64,000 nucleotides of DNA from Marsupella aquatica (taxonomy: Eukaryota > Plantae > Marchantiophyta): the NCBI GenBank assembly GCA_973895155.1, contig OZ316892.1, positions 12,960,238 to 13,024,237 on the forward strand. The letters are read 5' to 3'. Shown here one piece after another: positions 26,113-39,670 of this stretch; within the stretch, counting starts at the first letter, position 1, and each line of letters opens with the position of its first letter. Position numbers and translations under genes: made by a program. The notes below the pieces were generated by a model, which was given only the letters and a program-made list of their open reading frames with translations, made no database searches and was not told the DNA's origin.

Positions 26113-29019
26113 TGCCAATTGTTGGTTGGGTATGACCCTCTAGCAGTCAAGGGAGTTATGCAGGAGACTCCTGCCATTATCCAGACTCCGGCCATGAGTG
26201 AGGCAACATCTGCTCTAAACAAGATTGTTCATGTGGTGATTGAGTTAACTCCTATTGAAAGTGATTTTTCTTGTGATTGATTGCAAGGATGATGGTTAGG
26301 TCATCGACTACAATTGTGAGCACCTTGAGAATTTGCAAGGCTCTGTTGTGGTGAATCATCTACATGTGCAGTCCAACGACAACTGCACAATTTCAATTTC
26401 TATTGGCAAGCTTGGGAACTAATATTGTAGAAACTTATGCTCAGTGCTTATGAGACATATTATTAGACATGACAGGCAATATAGTGTTAAAGATCACACA
26501 TATTTGATACTACAGACTGAACATGAGATCACGAGATTGGTCCGATAACCCTCATCCATTCAACCGGTATAGATGTAATTTGGTTCTTGTTATCAATAAA
26601 GTTTCACTCTCCTCCGCAGGAGTTTCATATTTCAAAAATAGTTCTGTTGACCATATGCAGACTGTAAAAATATGTGGTATAAGATAATGACATTTAATCC
26701 ACCCACACAGTGCAAACCGTGGGCAACTGTGAATGGCCCAAATACTTGTAACACCACCCAATGACCTTAATTTATATAATGTATATGGTAATGGTCCTGA
26801 TATGGACCATTGTTGCATATGAAAAAGTTGACCATATGTCAGCCCGCAAATGCGGCCAGGCAAATAGAAGGCCATATATGTGTAATGGTCCACCACAGGA
26901 CCATTGGTAAACATTAGGGAAATGGCTGCCACAAACAGGCCATATATGTTTGGGCTAGAAACATGAATACCACTGGTTGACACACATTCAATTTGATTGT
27001 ATCTCCCTTGCATTTCCCAAAACATATACCACTCACCATTATGAGGTATAAATTGGTGATATGACAGAGCTTGATTCTCCCAATTGTTCCTTTAGTCAAC
27101 CACTTCAATTAAAGTCTCCAAAAAATGAGAGCTTCACCCCAAGTTTTGAGGGGCCACTATGGCTCATAATGCTCCAAAAACAGGACCTTACTAAATTCTC
27201 TCCATGCTTTAAGTATAGTAGAGGAGAATCTTCTTCAAGAGTTGATCCAGATCTTGAAGGGGACACTATGCTCCCAGAATGCCCTGAAATGTTACAAAGG
27301 GAAATTTGTGAAGGGCCTCTAACCAAGCTTACAAGGTCACTTGAGACTGAACAATACACTTTTGAGAGTAAGGTCTCAAATGCCATCTGGGGCCATTTAC
27401 TTTACTCTATACCTTTACCTATACCATACCACCATGATGTAGCACACTCAAATATTTATACCTATACACAATCTAAGATTTCACTTTTTGAATATACCTT
27501 CATATTCTGATTTTGTTTGTGGGTGACCCTAGATATCAGTCCTACACCATCCCTTGCCGCCACCCAGTCAAAGGTACACCTACCTGGTACAGGGAAAGTG
27601 CTAGACCCGCCCAACCACCCAACACTGGTTTGAACCTCTCCTTGGTACTGCAGAAGTGTTACCCAACAATGCTAGCCCTAACTGGCCCCACCATTCAATG
27701 TGAGGGCCCCCTTAATAAAGTTTTCCCCCTCTTGGACGTGGAGGTAAAGAAGTTGCTCCACCTACTTTTCCAACCAAAAAAAAAGTTGATTAATTTAAAA
27801 CAGAGGTTGACTTGAAGCCAAGCTAGAGGTGGTGGTGAAGTTGGACCAAGGTGGTGTGAGAATTGAACTTTATGTTCAGGACCATCCACAAGGACATTGA
27901 TAGAACAAGTATTTGGGTCTCGATAACTGCACATCAAAATATGACATATATGATGTACGACACCCCTGCATACCGTGATAACCTTAGTTTTTTTCTTTCA
28001 ATCAATGAATTTATTACCAGCACCTCAAGTATTTGACTGTTCTCACGACACCAACTTCAAGGGTGGGGGAATTTAATTGAATGACATAGTCTGAGAAGAA
28101 AGAGCATAAGGGGGTGGGAGAGCCCCATTCAAAGGCAAAGATATGGACTATGAATTTCATAGTCTGTAACTTTTTATGTCCAAAATCAGAAACTAAGAAC
28201 TTAAAGTCAATCAAATTGTCACCTTTGAGACACCCTATTTTGGCCCTCATTAAACCCACCCCACTCGCAAGCACCCCCCTCCCCCCCCAAAAAAAAACAT
28301 ATTTGCAATTCTCGCCCCAAACTTTCAAACTTGTGGTTGTACCATCTGTTTCTATCATAAACAATTTCCACACTTTCTTCATTTTGAACTCTCAATAGAG
28401 TCCACTCGCTCACTGCCCACCAACAAACTTCTTCAACGGAATATGGTCTTTCAAATTCACTTCCCATTGCACAACCTCTTCAAGTGCATACATAATCACG
28501 TTATGGATTGGAAACCCTTGAGATTTTATACAAGACTTGCACTTGCAGTGTTATGACCGCCCATGTATACACAAATTCAGCCACTCCATTGAATGCCCCC
28601 ATTGGTCCTCCATAGGATCAGAAATCACAAGCATTCACACTCGCATCAGGACTTGGACTGATTAAGAGATTGCAGGAGAGAGGAGATAAGAAATAAACAA
28701 GTGACAAGTAAAACCTTAGGTGGTCGTAAAAGCCAAGATTCATATGTCTCAACTACTGTGACAGTTTGGGTCCAATCCATTATCAAATTGACAATGACAA
28801 ATATGAGCAACCTGTTCTTGATCGCAGTGTATGTTCACCAAGAAAAGTGCTGTAGGGTGCGAGTTGTCGATGGTGCGCAGAAGGCCTTCCATTAGCCCTG
28901 CAAACCTACACTAACTCCAAACACGACATAATAAAGACTGCTAATCAAGGATATATAGTACATGGCTACAAATGCCCTCGAAAGACACGCGAGGAATAAA
29001 TATTGTAACAACCCTAACA

Positions 29020-32000
29020 CTAGTTTGCAACCATCTTAGCCAGGCTGCTCATGTCAAGAATCTTGATATCCAGTGTGTCATCCATCTTTACAATACCATC
29101 GGCACCATCAATACCAATCAGCTTCCCAGTGCTTCGCCGCAATTCACCGGACACTATCTTGATTCGATCAGTCTTCTTCGGTACGACCAGCTCCATTTCT
29201 GAATGAGTTAAAATCACAATATCACCCTCCCCAGAAGGTCCAAGTGCCACTCTGCAGGTTCCATCCTGTACTCAACCAAGATAACACTATTAGTATCATC
29301 GACCTTTCGGAGCACAAACTGGCACAGATGTTAAGATCTGTACCCACCTTGGGTTGCATATCATCTCTTACAGTTTCTCCACTCATATGAAAAACGGAAC
29401 CCTGGTACTACCAGTTCACTTATTTGGATGACACAGTTTACAACCATAGACCAAAATTTGAGTTCATGATCTTTCTTGACCGAGATATTAACCTTCCAAC
29501 AATACAGTTAACGTTCATAAAGCATGAACAGAGATGCTATAGTTGAAAAACATATGTGTTTATCAACTCAAATGCGATCATACATCAGAACTCACCGGCA
29601 TGGCTTCCTGAATGACACCAAGCTGAGAATCCTCTACACCTTTGCGTATGGTTACAGCAACCTCTGGGAGTTCCCACTTGCTTTCTGATTCGTGTCCACC
29701 CATGCCTGAGTTTGAGCAAGCAATAATAGATGTCAGGGACACAACACAATCCCACATACAATATCACGGTCATCCAAGCTTATTATAAATTGCTGAAAAT
29801 GCATATCACTGAAGTTGAAAGCTGACATCACCGAAGACGTACCTAATGCGGGTGATGTTGGATCCAGACTACTAGAACCAGGGGTCATCGGTTGACCTCC
29901 AGGAGTGCTCGGAAGATAGGTTGGTACACCTGGGGTCATTGGTAGTCCTCCAGGGGTCCCCGGTAGATAAGGACTGGCAGGATTGCCTGGAAGAAATACA
30001 AACACGTTCCAGGACGGAAAAGTAAGGGATCTTCACGTCTAGGCGAAGGACAGAAAGCTAATCATAACCCTGCTATGCAACTCGTTCACGACCAGAGGAG
30101 AACAAAAGGTTGCTCAAGTTCCTATTCTCGAGAAGAACAATGACGATATTCCATGGACCATGAAGAAATCTGCTCGATTCACGATTTGACGAAAGGCGAA
30201 CGTGACAGAACAGGTAGACTCAAACGCCCTTTAATGCTTAGTTTATAAACTTAGGGATTCTTGAAAATAACAATGCAAAGATACAGGCTGCATCTAAAAT
30301 ATTAGTCTCCGTGAAGGCAGTATCCTATGGGTGAAGGATCGGCTACTCCCTGCAGCTCCTAATACTGCACTGCTGCAAACCTTGAAGTTTCTAATACTCA
30401 GCAGCAGTATCAGCACTGGAGAGATGAAAAAATATCCCAGAACAGTAGGGAAACAGAGGATGAATGAGAAAATGAAGCAAACTAAAATAATTTAAAACGC
30501 TCCCCACAACAACCACCTTGAAGTGCTGTTTGCAAGATTAAGGAATCGGTACAGCTCTTCTCTTACACTCCTTCCCCGTTGAAGTCAAAATTCCTCTTTC
30601 TAATTTTAGGAGCAGGCTGGTTCCGGACGAAGTTGTGAAGTCCTACAACGTACGTTTTTCACTTGACCTTGTAGGTGATTGTTGCTTAATGCTTGGCCCA
30701 TTGAACTCTTCAACTTTATAAGATTTTTTTGTTCGACTTTTGGACTTCAAATTCCCTGAATGTTGTCTGATCTAACAAATTTCGCTTGAACTATTTATCT
30801 GAAACATATATCGGGTCATGTTGAACGCTGAACTCGGGGAAACATATAGAAACTCACCATATGTAGGACCACCACTGCTCTCAATGGGTGTCCCGGCCTC
30901 ACCAAAGTTAGCACCTGGTGTGCTTGCCCAGCCAATACCTGGTGTGGGTGCTTCAAATTGCCTGCCACCTGGTGTCCCAGGCTGTTTCAAGAAGTTGGAG
31001 TAAGTGTTAGCATGTTACTGTAAACTTGTGAATTTGATTTCAGCCCTAATGATTGGCATGTGGATCAAGACAAAAGAATGAATCTCAGCCAAATCCTGCG
31101 GAATGACAGCTTCTGAATAATCTTCAGACCTGATACGTGGGAGTTCCAGCAGTGTTCCATGTGCTAGGATCGGCATTGTCCCAGTTGTTGTCCCTGATAT
31201 TCACAAACAAGTATCACCTCGCACTTTCAGCCTCCTGTCCTCAAAGTTCTTCAGGATTCTCAACTCGAATCTCACCTCTCGCATTTACATATGACCCAGC
31301 TCAGTTTTTCAGCAAGAAGATATGTCTTTTAAGTATTGCCTCACTCTTCCCTAAACCAACCACCCCGACCCCGCAGCCCACCTCTTCTCCCTATAAGGGA
31401 CTTCTCAAGTACTCTAGGTGAGCTAAACATCAGTGTCATCTCCGGGACTGGGCCTGGGCCTGGGCTAACGCACCCTAAGAGGACATATTCTCACTCATCA
31501 AGAAACGACTTCTATGTTCTTCGATGCACAATCATCTACCATTCCAGTTTAAGAACATACTGCACGTGTTTCAAGTATTGAAACAAGGCCTCCTTTCAGA
31601 TTTGGCAAAAGAATATGGCGTGAACACGCAAACCTAAGCTCGTAACGCACCTCAAAGGAGTGTTCATGGCTGTATGAGGATTCCAAGCACGGTCTCGCAT
31701 GGGTGTTCTCATGCCGTCGTGTATCGGAGTGGCTGTAGAGAAAAAACAAGAAAAAATGAATGTTAAGAAAATAGAACGATCCAAACGAAACCGACCTTGC
31801 AGAGCTATTCAAAATCTTTGAAGCATTTCATGAGAAACGAAAAAGCATTCACCTGAAGGATCCCGCATTGGAGTCATGAAAGCAGGATGCAAGGGAGTCC
31901 GTGATGGATGCATAGGTGTTTCGCTTCCAGCACCGTAGCGTGGTGATTCGCTGTAACAGAGCAAGGCAAGCAAGTTAGAAATGATGCTTCAAAAAGAGGG

Positions 32001-35000
32001 GGCACTAATGTCCAAGAAATACCATATGCACAACATGATTGAAAGGGCATACCGATATGAGTTCCCCCCATTATAAAATGGACTCCCAACTGGATCAGAA
32101 AGTTGATCTCTTCGCACTGTCATCACACAACACAGACCCGAAAACAAGAAACTTGCTCAGTGAACCATCCAACAAACTGTACAAGTTGATCCAAGATTCA
32201 AGAACAACTTCGAGAGTCTTAAAAAGAGTGCCTGATCAGCAACCCAAAGCAAAGGAAAAGGAACAAATGTGATCAAATTGAACATGATATCAAATTTAAT
32301 CAACCACCCCGTGAAAACACAAACTTCAGGGTTGAGGCCAAGACAATTTGACAGTCTAGTATAGATTAATTGAACAGGCAGTTTCACCAAAAAAAAGGTT
32401 TTGAGGACTAACCTGTGACAACTTTCATTTGTGATTCCAACTCGATTCGAACATCAGTGTCAGTTGCATCAACGACACGCCCTCGATAACCTTTGAAAGG
32501 ACCTGTCCTTATCTTCACAGTTGTGCCCACCAAAGAATGGTCTCTTCTGCTGCCGCCTTGTCTGCCTCCAAATGTACCTCCTGCTCAGCATTCCAAAAAT
32601 TAGTCCAACAATGCACAATACAGACCCAAGATACTTACAGTTGTGAATCTGTGCCAAATGAAGCTGGACAACGTAGCAGTCCTTTATAACATTTATTTGC
32701 ATACAGACAAGAGTCGCACCTTGCCGGGGATTATTGTACTGTTGTGGAGTCCGCCTTGGAGATTGAAGATAATTCGGAACGGCGTTGAAGGCTGCTCCTC
32801 CTCGTTCTCTCTAGAAAAATCAAGTCGGTAATCGTCAAACTTTGACATGGCAAATCCGGTTTTAAAAGCTTGCAGAAACGACGAGCATATGTGGTTGAAT
32901 AATACAAGTTTCCGGCTCACCCCACCCCGGCCGGGAGAGAGCCGAAAGCAGAAAATCCTTTTATGTTTCCGACATTGCAAAAGTACCCTTCGCATACCTA
33001 CGCAGCCCATTACTTGTACCACGAATCTAAGCTGGTGCATTCACGATTCGGCGGGAAGCCAGACTGCAGATCTTCCCATAATTACATAACAGGTACTTAG
33101 CAGAAAGGAAAGTCGCTACGTCGTAAGGGATATATTCATGACTGACATTTGAGGGTTGCTTTTGGAACTGGAACATTGAGGGAACTTCCATAATTTTCTT
33201 TTTGCTTTACAACGTCGGCCCATATATATAAGTTTCTGTGGCGCGAAAAGACTGAACAATAGAAAATAGAACGGGCTTGCGTACAAAGAAATGTCAAGAA
33301 CTCACCCCCCTGACAGTTCCATTTCGAGTTCCACCAAGAGCAACACACCATCTTGCCCGTACACAGAGGTAGCCTCCATTTTCAAGATGATGACGATCAA
33401 GGACAAACAAGATTCCCCGATTGATGTGCTCAACCGGCCCTTGCCTGCCCTGTGATGCAATATTATAAAGACGACGAGAAGTCAGATGAAGCCACCTCTG
33501 AAAATGCAATAAATGTCATACAATTTTTCCAGGGAAGAAGACACAACCACTCCTTACTTTGTCATCCAAGATTAGTCACTAAATGCAAAGTTATATTTCC
33601 TTCCTTAATCCATGCCCCACCAAATTTCTTGAATACCTTCTGAAATATAGTACCTTGTAAGGACCTTCAACAACTCGTACAATATCTCTCATAGAGACGA
33701 CATTTGCATCACGATCATGTGCATTGACATTGCGGTCAAATATTTTCTTTCGCATATCACGCTGCTTCACGCTAACCACCTCTGATCTATCAGGTATCCC
33801 TTTCAAAATCTGCTCGGGGCAAACAAACCTCATTAGTCTCCGACCATTGTCCAACCCGACCAGGAAATGAACGTTATGAGCGAGTAGAAATCCTGCATAA
33901 GAATGATAAATTGAGCATAACGGTTGCATTACATTATCCCCCAGATCATGAAACTCCAGAATAAATGGTCACCACAAAAAATGTGATTTCATCGGGAAAA
34001 TTACCAAGATTCAGACTGCCTTGAGAGAAAAGGAGCACAGTCACTTGATAGAGCATGTTCTCAGAGCCTAAAACCATCCTACCGAACAGATTATTACCTG
34101 ACACCCATCTCTATCGACTCTCACAATAAGTCCGACAGTTGATTGGCTGCACAGATCAAGTTGACGTGTTTCTGTCATTAACCAACCTTCACTACAGAGC
34201 AGATACGAATATTTGAAAGAAGGCAAACCATCCACCTCTGTACAGTTGCAGAGAGCAGTAGATACACTAGACCATACTACTCCGTGACCAAGTTGGAAAA
34301 GTCAGAACACATAAGTACACTCACTCCAGCAGCACAAGATCGTGGAGTTCATATTCGCCCAATTTGTTCAGGCCTGACGTTACTTCCGAGCTCTCCACAA
34401 TGTTCGCTGTGAACACCTTAATCTGTCACCCGAGACAAAAAGAAATCAAGTCGATATCACAATAAAACATAAAACTCTGTAGAAGTGAACATCCAATCAC
34501 AAAGATAACAGAAGTGCTATCCAGACTTACATCTTCTCGTGTGGTATCGGAAAGAATGACGACACTTTCAGCATCAGCCCTGACAATCATTCCTGTGGCA
34601 CCCTCATGAGTTCCGGCAATAACTTTGACATGGTCTCCAGTCTTGAAGAACTTGCAAAGTTGGCTTTCTTTAACTAACAACGAATCAATCAGTTTTTCAT
34701 CCTTCGGGCGGATATAAACATCGTCGTCGTCCACCTTCACGACAATCCCCATCAAGTTCTTCAGGTCCCCTTGGACAACAATCACAGCGTCCCCTTTCAC
34801 AAACTGCCCTTTCCTCTTACTCATAAGGGCAGCTGGAAGACCCATTGCATCGATGGCACCATTTTCACTTGGCTTTTGAAACTTCTGGAGCTCATCAAAG
34901 GTTGGTACTACTCCATTCGAATCAATGCTCTTGAGTGACACGAACTTATACAGATAACCATCCTTGAACTGCATACCACCAAAGAACTCAAAATACTCCC

Positions 35001-37186
35001 CTGCATGATTAGGATCACGCTTGCGCTCCACTGGGATTCTCAGGTCCCTGCCATCAATTAACAGATACATGCATTAGATTACTGATTGGTCGGATAATAC
35101 AGATTCTTGGATCCTGTTGAAACAAAAGGAGTTAGAATGCAATTCGACTCCTCCAATTACTCAAAGGTATCCATTTTATGTCCAAGGGGGATCAGGACGG
35201 TGAAGTAGGTTCAAGATACCGAGGTGGCAACACTTACTTTGGCATGAACAAATCCATCAAACCCAGTAAATCATTAACTAACTTACGAAAACGCTAGCTT
35301 ACATTCCAGACGCAGACTGCGAATCCCAGAGAACTAGGGTAATGTGGACGAGTTCTTACTGCACTTCTTGAAGACTGATGAACCTTGGTAAAGGTCTTGG
35401 TCTTCCTTTCACATTTTCATCCCTTCCCTCCTGCAATAGCACAAGGCCATCGAACCTAGAAATTTCAGAATTCATTAATAATTGACAGGTTAAATGGGCA
35501 ATGGTTCTCCAAAACAAACAACAGACTTCGTTGGCAGGTGTTCCAAACTATCCACTCACAAGTTTGGCTGCAAGTACTTGAAGATCAATTCTGGGAATGA
35601 GCTTGATAGTCGCGCGCTGCCGAACATGATCTACATCAACGACCTGTTTTCCACAGCTGGGTGAGTAACTTCTCTGATAGGAGAATTTCATCAGCTCCAC
35701 AGTTAAAATTCTCGAGGCCAATGCTCCCTGAGAGAAGAGATTACCTTGGCAAGATCCCCTTTGTAGATTCCGGACTTCACTCTCACCCAGGAATCTTGGT
35801 CCACGTCAACCAACTTCTTCTCCACAGACAAAACATCCGTCATTTCCTTGATAGGCACAAGCTTGACTGTCGATTGAAGGAACATCCGCATTCCACGTAT
35901 TGCCTGCCACAGGGACGTAAATTTAAACCCGAGTACATTTTGAGGGATGACAATGCCCGAGGAAAAACAAGTCAAGGGTCCAGAGGATATACCTGTCTAA
36001 CATATGCCTCCTTTTCAGACTCAATGTATAGGTAACCTTTGAGTTGATCAAGAGCGATTGCGGACTTGATGAGTAGGGGTTGGGCTTGCATGTCCATGTC
36101 CAGATATTTTTGCATAAGACAGATTGCGGCTTCACGTTCATGACCAGGCTGATCACCACAAGATCAAATTCAATTAGAAAACCTAGTAGTAACACCACAG
36201 CGAGGTGTTTTAGTACGATCACGGTGCAAAAACTAGGTCAAACGAACCAATTAATCCCCCGGATGGTTGGCACGCCACATAGAGACATATTGCGGTTATT
36301 ATCCAAGTCCTGCCTGGTTTGAGGAAATGAGTAGTAAGCACTTGAACCCTAACTGAACCTCCGAATCCCGACAGCTGACGCCAGGAAAATGTACCACCCA
36401 AATTCTGTTGATTGTGTTGAGAGCGAGAATAGAGTACTACCAGCAGAAACGAACAGCATTTGCAATCCTAAGCACAGAAGCATGTAATTCAACGCATCCG
36501 AACAACGTTGAATCAAAGAACATTACATTACATTTCACCATCCAAAGCTTTGGATCCTTGACGGAAGGCAGCAAAGCCTGCTGTTCCACCTCCGTCGTCT
36601 CAGCTTCGTCGTACTCGTCATAGTCCTGCCGACCGTACCGTTGCTGAATCAGCTTTTCTAGATCCTCGATATTTTCTTGCTGATCATCTTCAGGCAGCAT
36701 GGAGCGGTGATGAGGACGTCTTCCTCTATCCTCTTCTTCATGATGGTCAACAGGTTCGTCCAGTATAAAATCTGCACGAAGAAAGAACGTGCATCAGACC
36801 ATTATTCGATAAACCGTGCCCTGGATATGAATGCGGAATCTAGCATAAGATTGACAGATACCTTCTTCTCCTTCTTCTTCTTCTTCGTCCTCGTCACTAG
36901 CGACAGCAGCGGTATCATCGATGAACTCCGATCCTCGGCGATGCCTTCTCTTTCTCGAAGGAGCTTCATCTTCCTCTTCCTCTTCATCTTCATCGGCGAC
37001 ATCGTCTATGAACTGCGAACCCTTAAATTTGCGCTTCCGGTTGCGCTCCTCGACCTCCTCCTCTTCCTCCTCGTCCTCCTCGGGATATTCTTCTTCTGCA
37101 TCCTCTGCTTCTACCTCTTCTTCTTCAACATCATCCTCTTCCTCCTCATCCTCGTCGCTATTGCTGTAGTTTTTGAAAGGTCCCAT
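29020..37186 (-). CDS. SPT5: Transcription elongation factor SPT5 (acidic N-terminus, NGN domain, KOW repeats, CTR, C-terminal KOWs), about 20 exons
   Basis: ATG at 37186. Exon 1 (37186-36862) is D/E-rich. Exon 2 (36771-36527) ends QQALLPSVKDPKLWMVKC. NGN: PGHEREAAICLMQK..LKGYLYIESEKE. KOW motifs: WVRVKSGIYKGDLAK, FVKGDAVIVVQGDL, FKTGDHVKVIAGTHEGATG. CTR: ETPMHPSRTPLH/TPIHDGMRTPMR/PGTPGG. Last exon 29266-29020 ends GKLIGIDGADGIVKMD..LAKMVAN*. Confidence 0.96.
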
Positions 37187-38009
37187 GTCTTCTCACCCGA
37201 TGAAGGAGCTAAGCCTGGAAAGATTGGAAACAATACCCTCGAATCGCAAGCTAAGGTTCCCCGACCGAAGTGAGAGCTCTCCTGACAAAATTGGTGTCCG
37301 TCCGTCCGCAGGGAGAAATCGAACGGGAAAGGGAAAGAAACTGGGCGAGATTCCTAATTTTTTTCAGTTGATTGTCACACCAGGATAACCGGGAGTCCCG
37401 ATTGCCGCAGAGACGTTCAGGGGAACTGCAGGAGCTATCATTGCAGAAACTTTAGTCCGTCAAATTCACAGATCACCGAATGCTCGAAAAGCCACACAGA
37501 AAGAGTATTTACGAAGCCAAGACTTCTGTGCTCAGCTTTGGCAAAATGCCTAAACCAGATGTAGCGGCGAACGAAAAAGAGACAGAGTGTCAGCACAGCT
37601 AAGATGATGTCTATCGAAAAAACAGTTCGACCTAGTTGCGAACGAGCAGTTCGATTAATTAAAAGAGCTACGACGATCGCTGTGCGGAGCTTTAACGAGA
37701 TGCTTCAACGTATTGTAGTTGCGAACGAATTGAGTGATCAAGCGAGCGCTCCCAAGGATTTGGTGCGGAAGAAGAGAGCACAACGACAGGGAACGCTGCC
37801 AAACCAACACAACAAAGAGAGCACCAACGCTACTACACAAAATGCGTTCTGTGCCTCGACGAACCTAGACTTCCTGCTGGTTACTGCAGCTTCCAATAAG
37901 GTCTGCACCCGCCTCAGATTTCTGCTGGTGCTCCATTTCGTCGCCTGACCTTTCTCAAGCCTGCCTGCTCGCCTCCGAAATATGTGCACAGTGTCCTTCG
38001 CCCGTATCT

Positions 38010-39670
38010 TATTAGTATTCTGCTACGTCTGAAAGCTTCATCGTTACTAGTCATGGACGCTATTATTAGTAGTAGGGTAACCCATTTTCAATATGAATAA
38101 AAATCTTGCAGGATCAAATTTATATGCTATTTTGGTTAGGCTTTGCCCATCCTTGTTTTTTGTCGTTACTATTAGTACTAGAGTAACCCCATGTTCAATA
38201 TGAATAAAATCTTGCAGAATCACCTTGATATGCTATTTTGGTTAGGCTTTGCCCATCCTTGTTTTTTGTCCATCCTCATTTCAGTTTTGCATTTGTTAGA
38301 GTTAATGTCACTTTTGTCCATATTCATTTGGAATTTTGATTTTATTGAATCTCATTATCAGTTTTCTCTATATTGGGAGTTACCGTCAGAGGCTTTTCTC
38401 TAGACCTATGCCCAAAATTCTATTCTATTGGGACGCCAAGCATCATTGTTACTACTGATGGATGTATGTATAGGATAAGAGATCACCAGGGGGTTAGGGA
38501 TCGATGATCTCTAAACCCAAACTGTAACCCATAATTTGGGGGCCTAGGAAATACAAAAGCCCCCACCTTCCTTTTGCCCCAGGATTACCAGTATTCTATT
38601 AACGCCTGCCAAGGTTCATGGTTATTAGCAATGGATCTTATTAGAATTCTAATGTGGCGTCAATTTTCATGGTTATTAGTGAAGCTTCAACTTTAGAGTG
38701 ATGGATATATAGGGATAAGAGCATCACTAGTGGGTAAGGGGTCAATGATCTCTAAACCCAAAATGTACCACATAATTTGGAGGCCTAGGAAATATAATAG
38801 CCCTGATTGAGTCTCCTTTGCCTAGATCTTACTAGTATTCTACTAGGGCATGTCAAAGCTTCATGGTTACTAGTGATAGATGTTATTAGTATTCTAGTGG
38901 GACAACAAGCTTCATTGTTACTAGTACTCTACTCGGATGGCAAGCTTCATGGTTACTAGTGAAGCTTCATCATTACTAATGATATGTGTATGTATAGGAT
39001 TACCAGATCACCAATGGGTTAGGGTGTTAGGCATTTACTCTTAGGCTAGGGTTGCAACTGTGACCATAGTTAGGGCTTACCTTAGTCATAGACTAGGTTA
39101 GGTTAACCAGGCTGCACACTATATTCCAAACAATGTTTACTTTGATAGGAGGACCTCAGGCTTATTGTTACGGAGCCAGTTGAGAGATAGGGAAATCTTG
39201 TTAGGGATCTTGCATTGGGGGAACTTGATATGGTCGACGGGCCTAAAGTGCAGTAAAGCTCTCATGTGTTCTTGTGGACATAATTTTAGCTGAGATGAAC
39301 CACGCATCACTCTGTGTTGACTACTTGTGCGTTGGATGGTTCATGGGCTTGCCATTGTGAATGTCGTCTTTGCTCAACATAGGGGTCAATGGTCTCTAAA
39401 CCCAAAATGTACCCCATAATTTTGAGGCCTAGGAATGATAAAAGCCCCATTGTCTCCTTTGCCCAGATCTTATTAGTATACTACTAGGGCGTGTCAAAGC
39501 TTCATGGTTACTAGTGATGGACATTATTACTATTCCAGTGGGACAGCCAACTTCAGCGTTGCCAGTTATGGATGTATAGGATAAGAGCATTTGGGTTAAT
39601 GGTCAATGATCTCTAAACCCAAAACTTACCCCGTCATTTTGAGGCCTAGGAACTATAAAAGCCCCCATAA
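38010..39670. repeat. Degenerate tandem repeat array upstream of SPT5 (ACTAGT/AAGCTTCATGG-rich)
   Basis: A ~106-bp duplication at ~38062 and ~38170. Four ~250-300-bp units carry GGATAAGAG..GATCTCTAAACCCAAA..GAGGCCTAGGAA at ~38470, ~38710, ~39000 (interrupted by a solo LTR) and ~39580. Confidence 0.8.
39025..39379 (+). mobile_element. Solo LTR (355 bp) related to the copia LTR
   Basis: TGTTAGGC...TGCTCAACA flanked by TSD TAGGG (39020-39024 and 39380-39384). Removing it restores the host repeat unit. Its 3' half matches the LTR at 19845. Confidence 0.92.

Noticed and set aside
31394-31479. Possible Tourist-like MITE in an SPT5 intron (TAA-GGG...CCC-TAA)
   Set aside because: The terminal match is only about 3 bp; insufficient support.
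29020-37186. Possibility that the gene is SPT5L/KTF1 (RdDM factor)
   Set aside because: No WG/GW-rich C-terminal extension; it has the canonical CTR and terminal KOW domains.
36677-37273. Plus-strand 198-aa hydrophobic ORF and poly-Ser ORF
   Set aside because: Antisense shadows of the acidic SPT5 exons 1-2.
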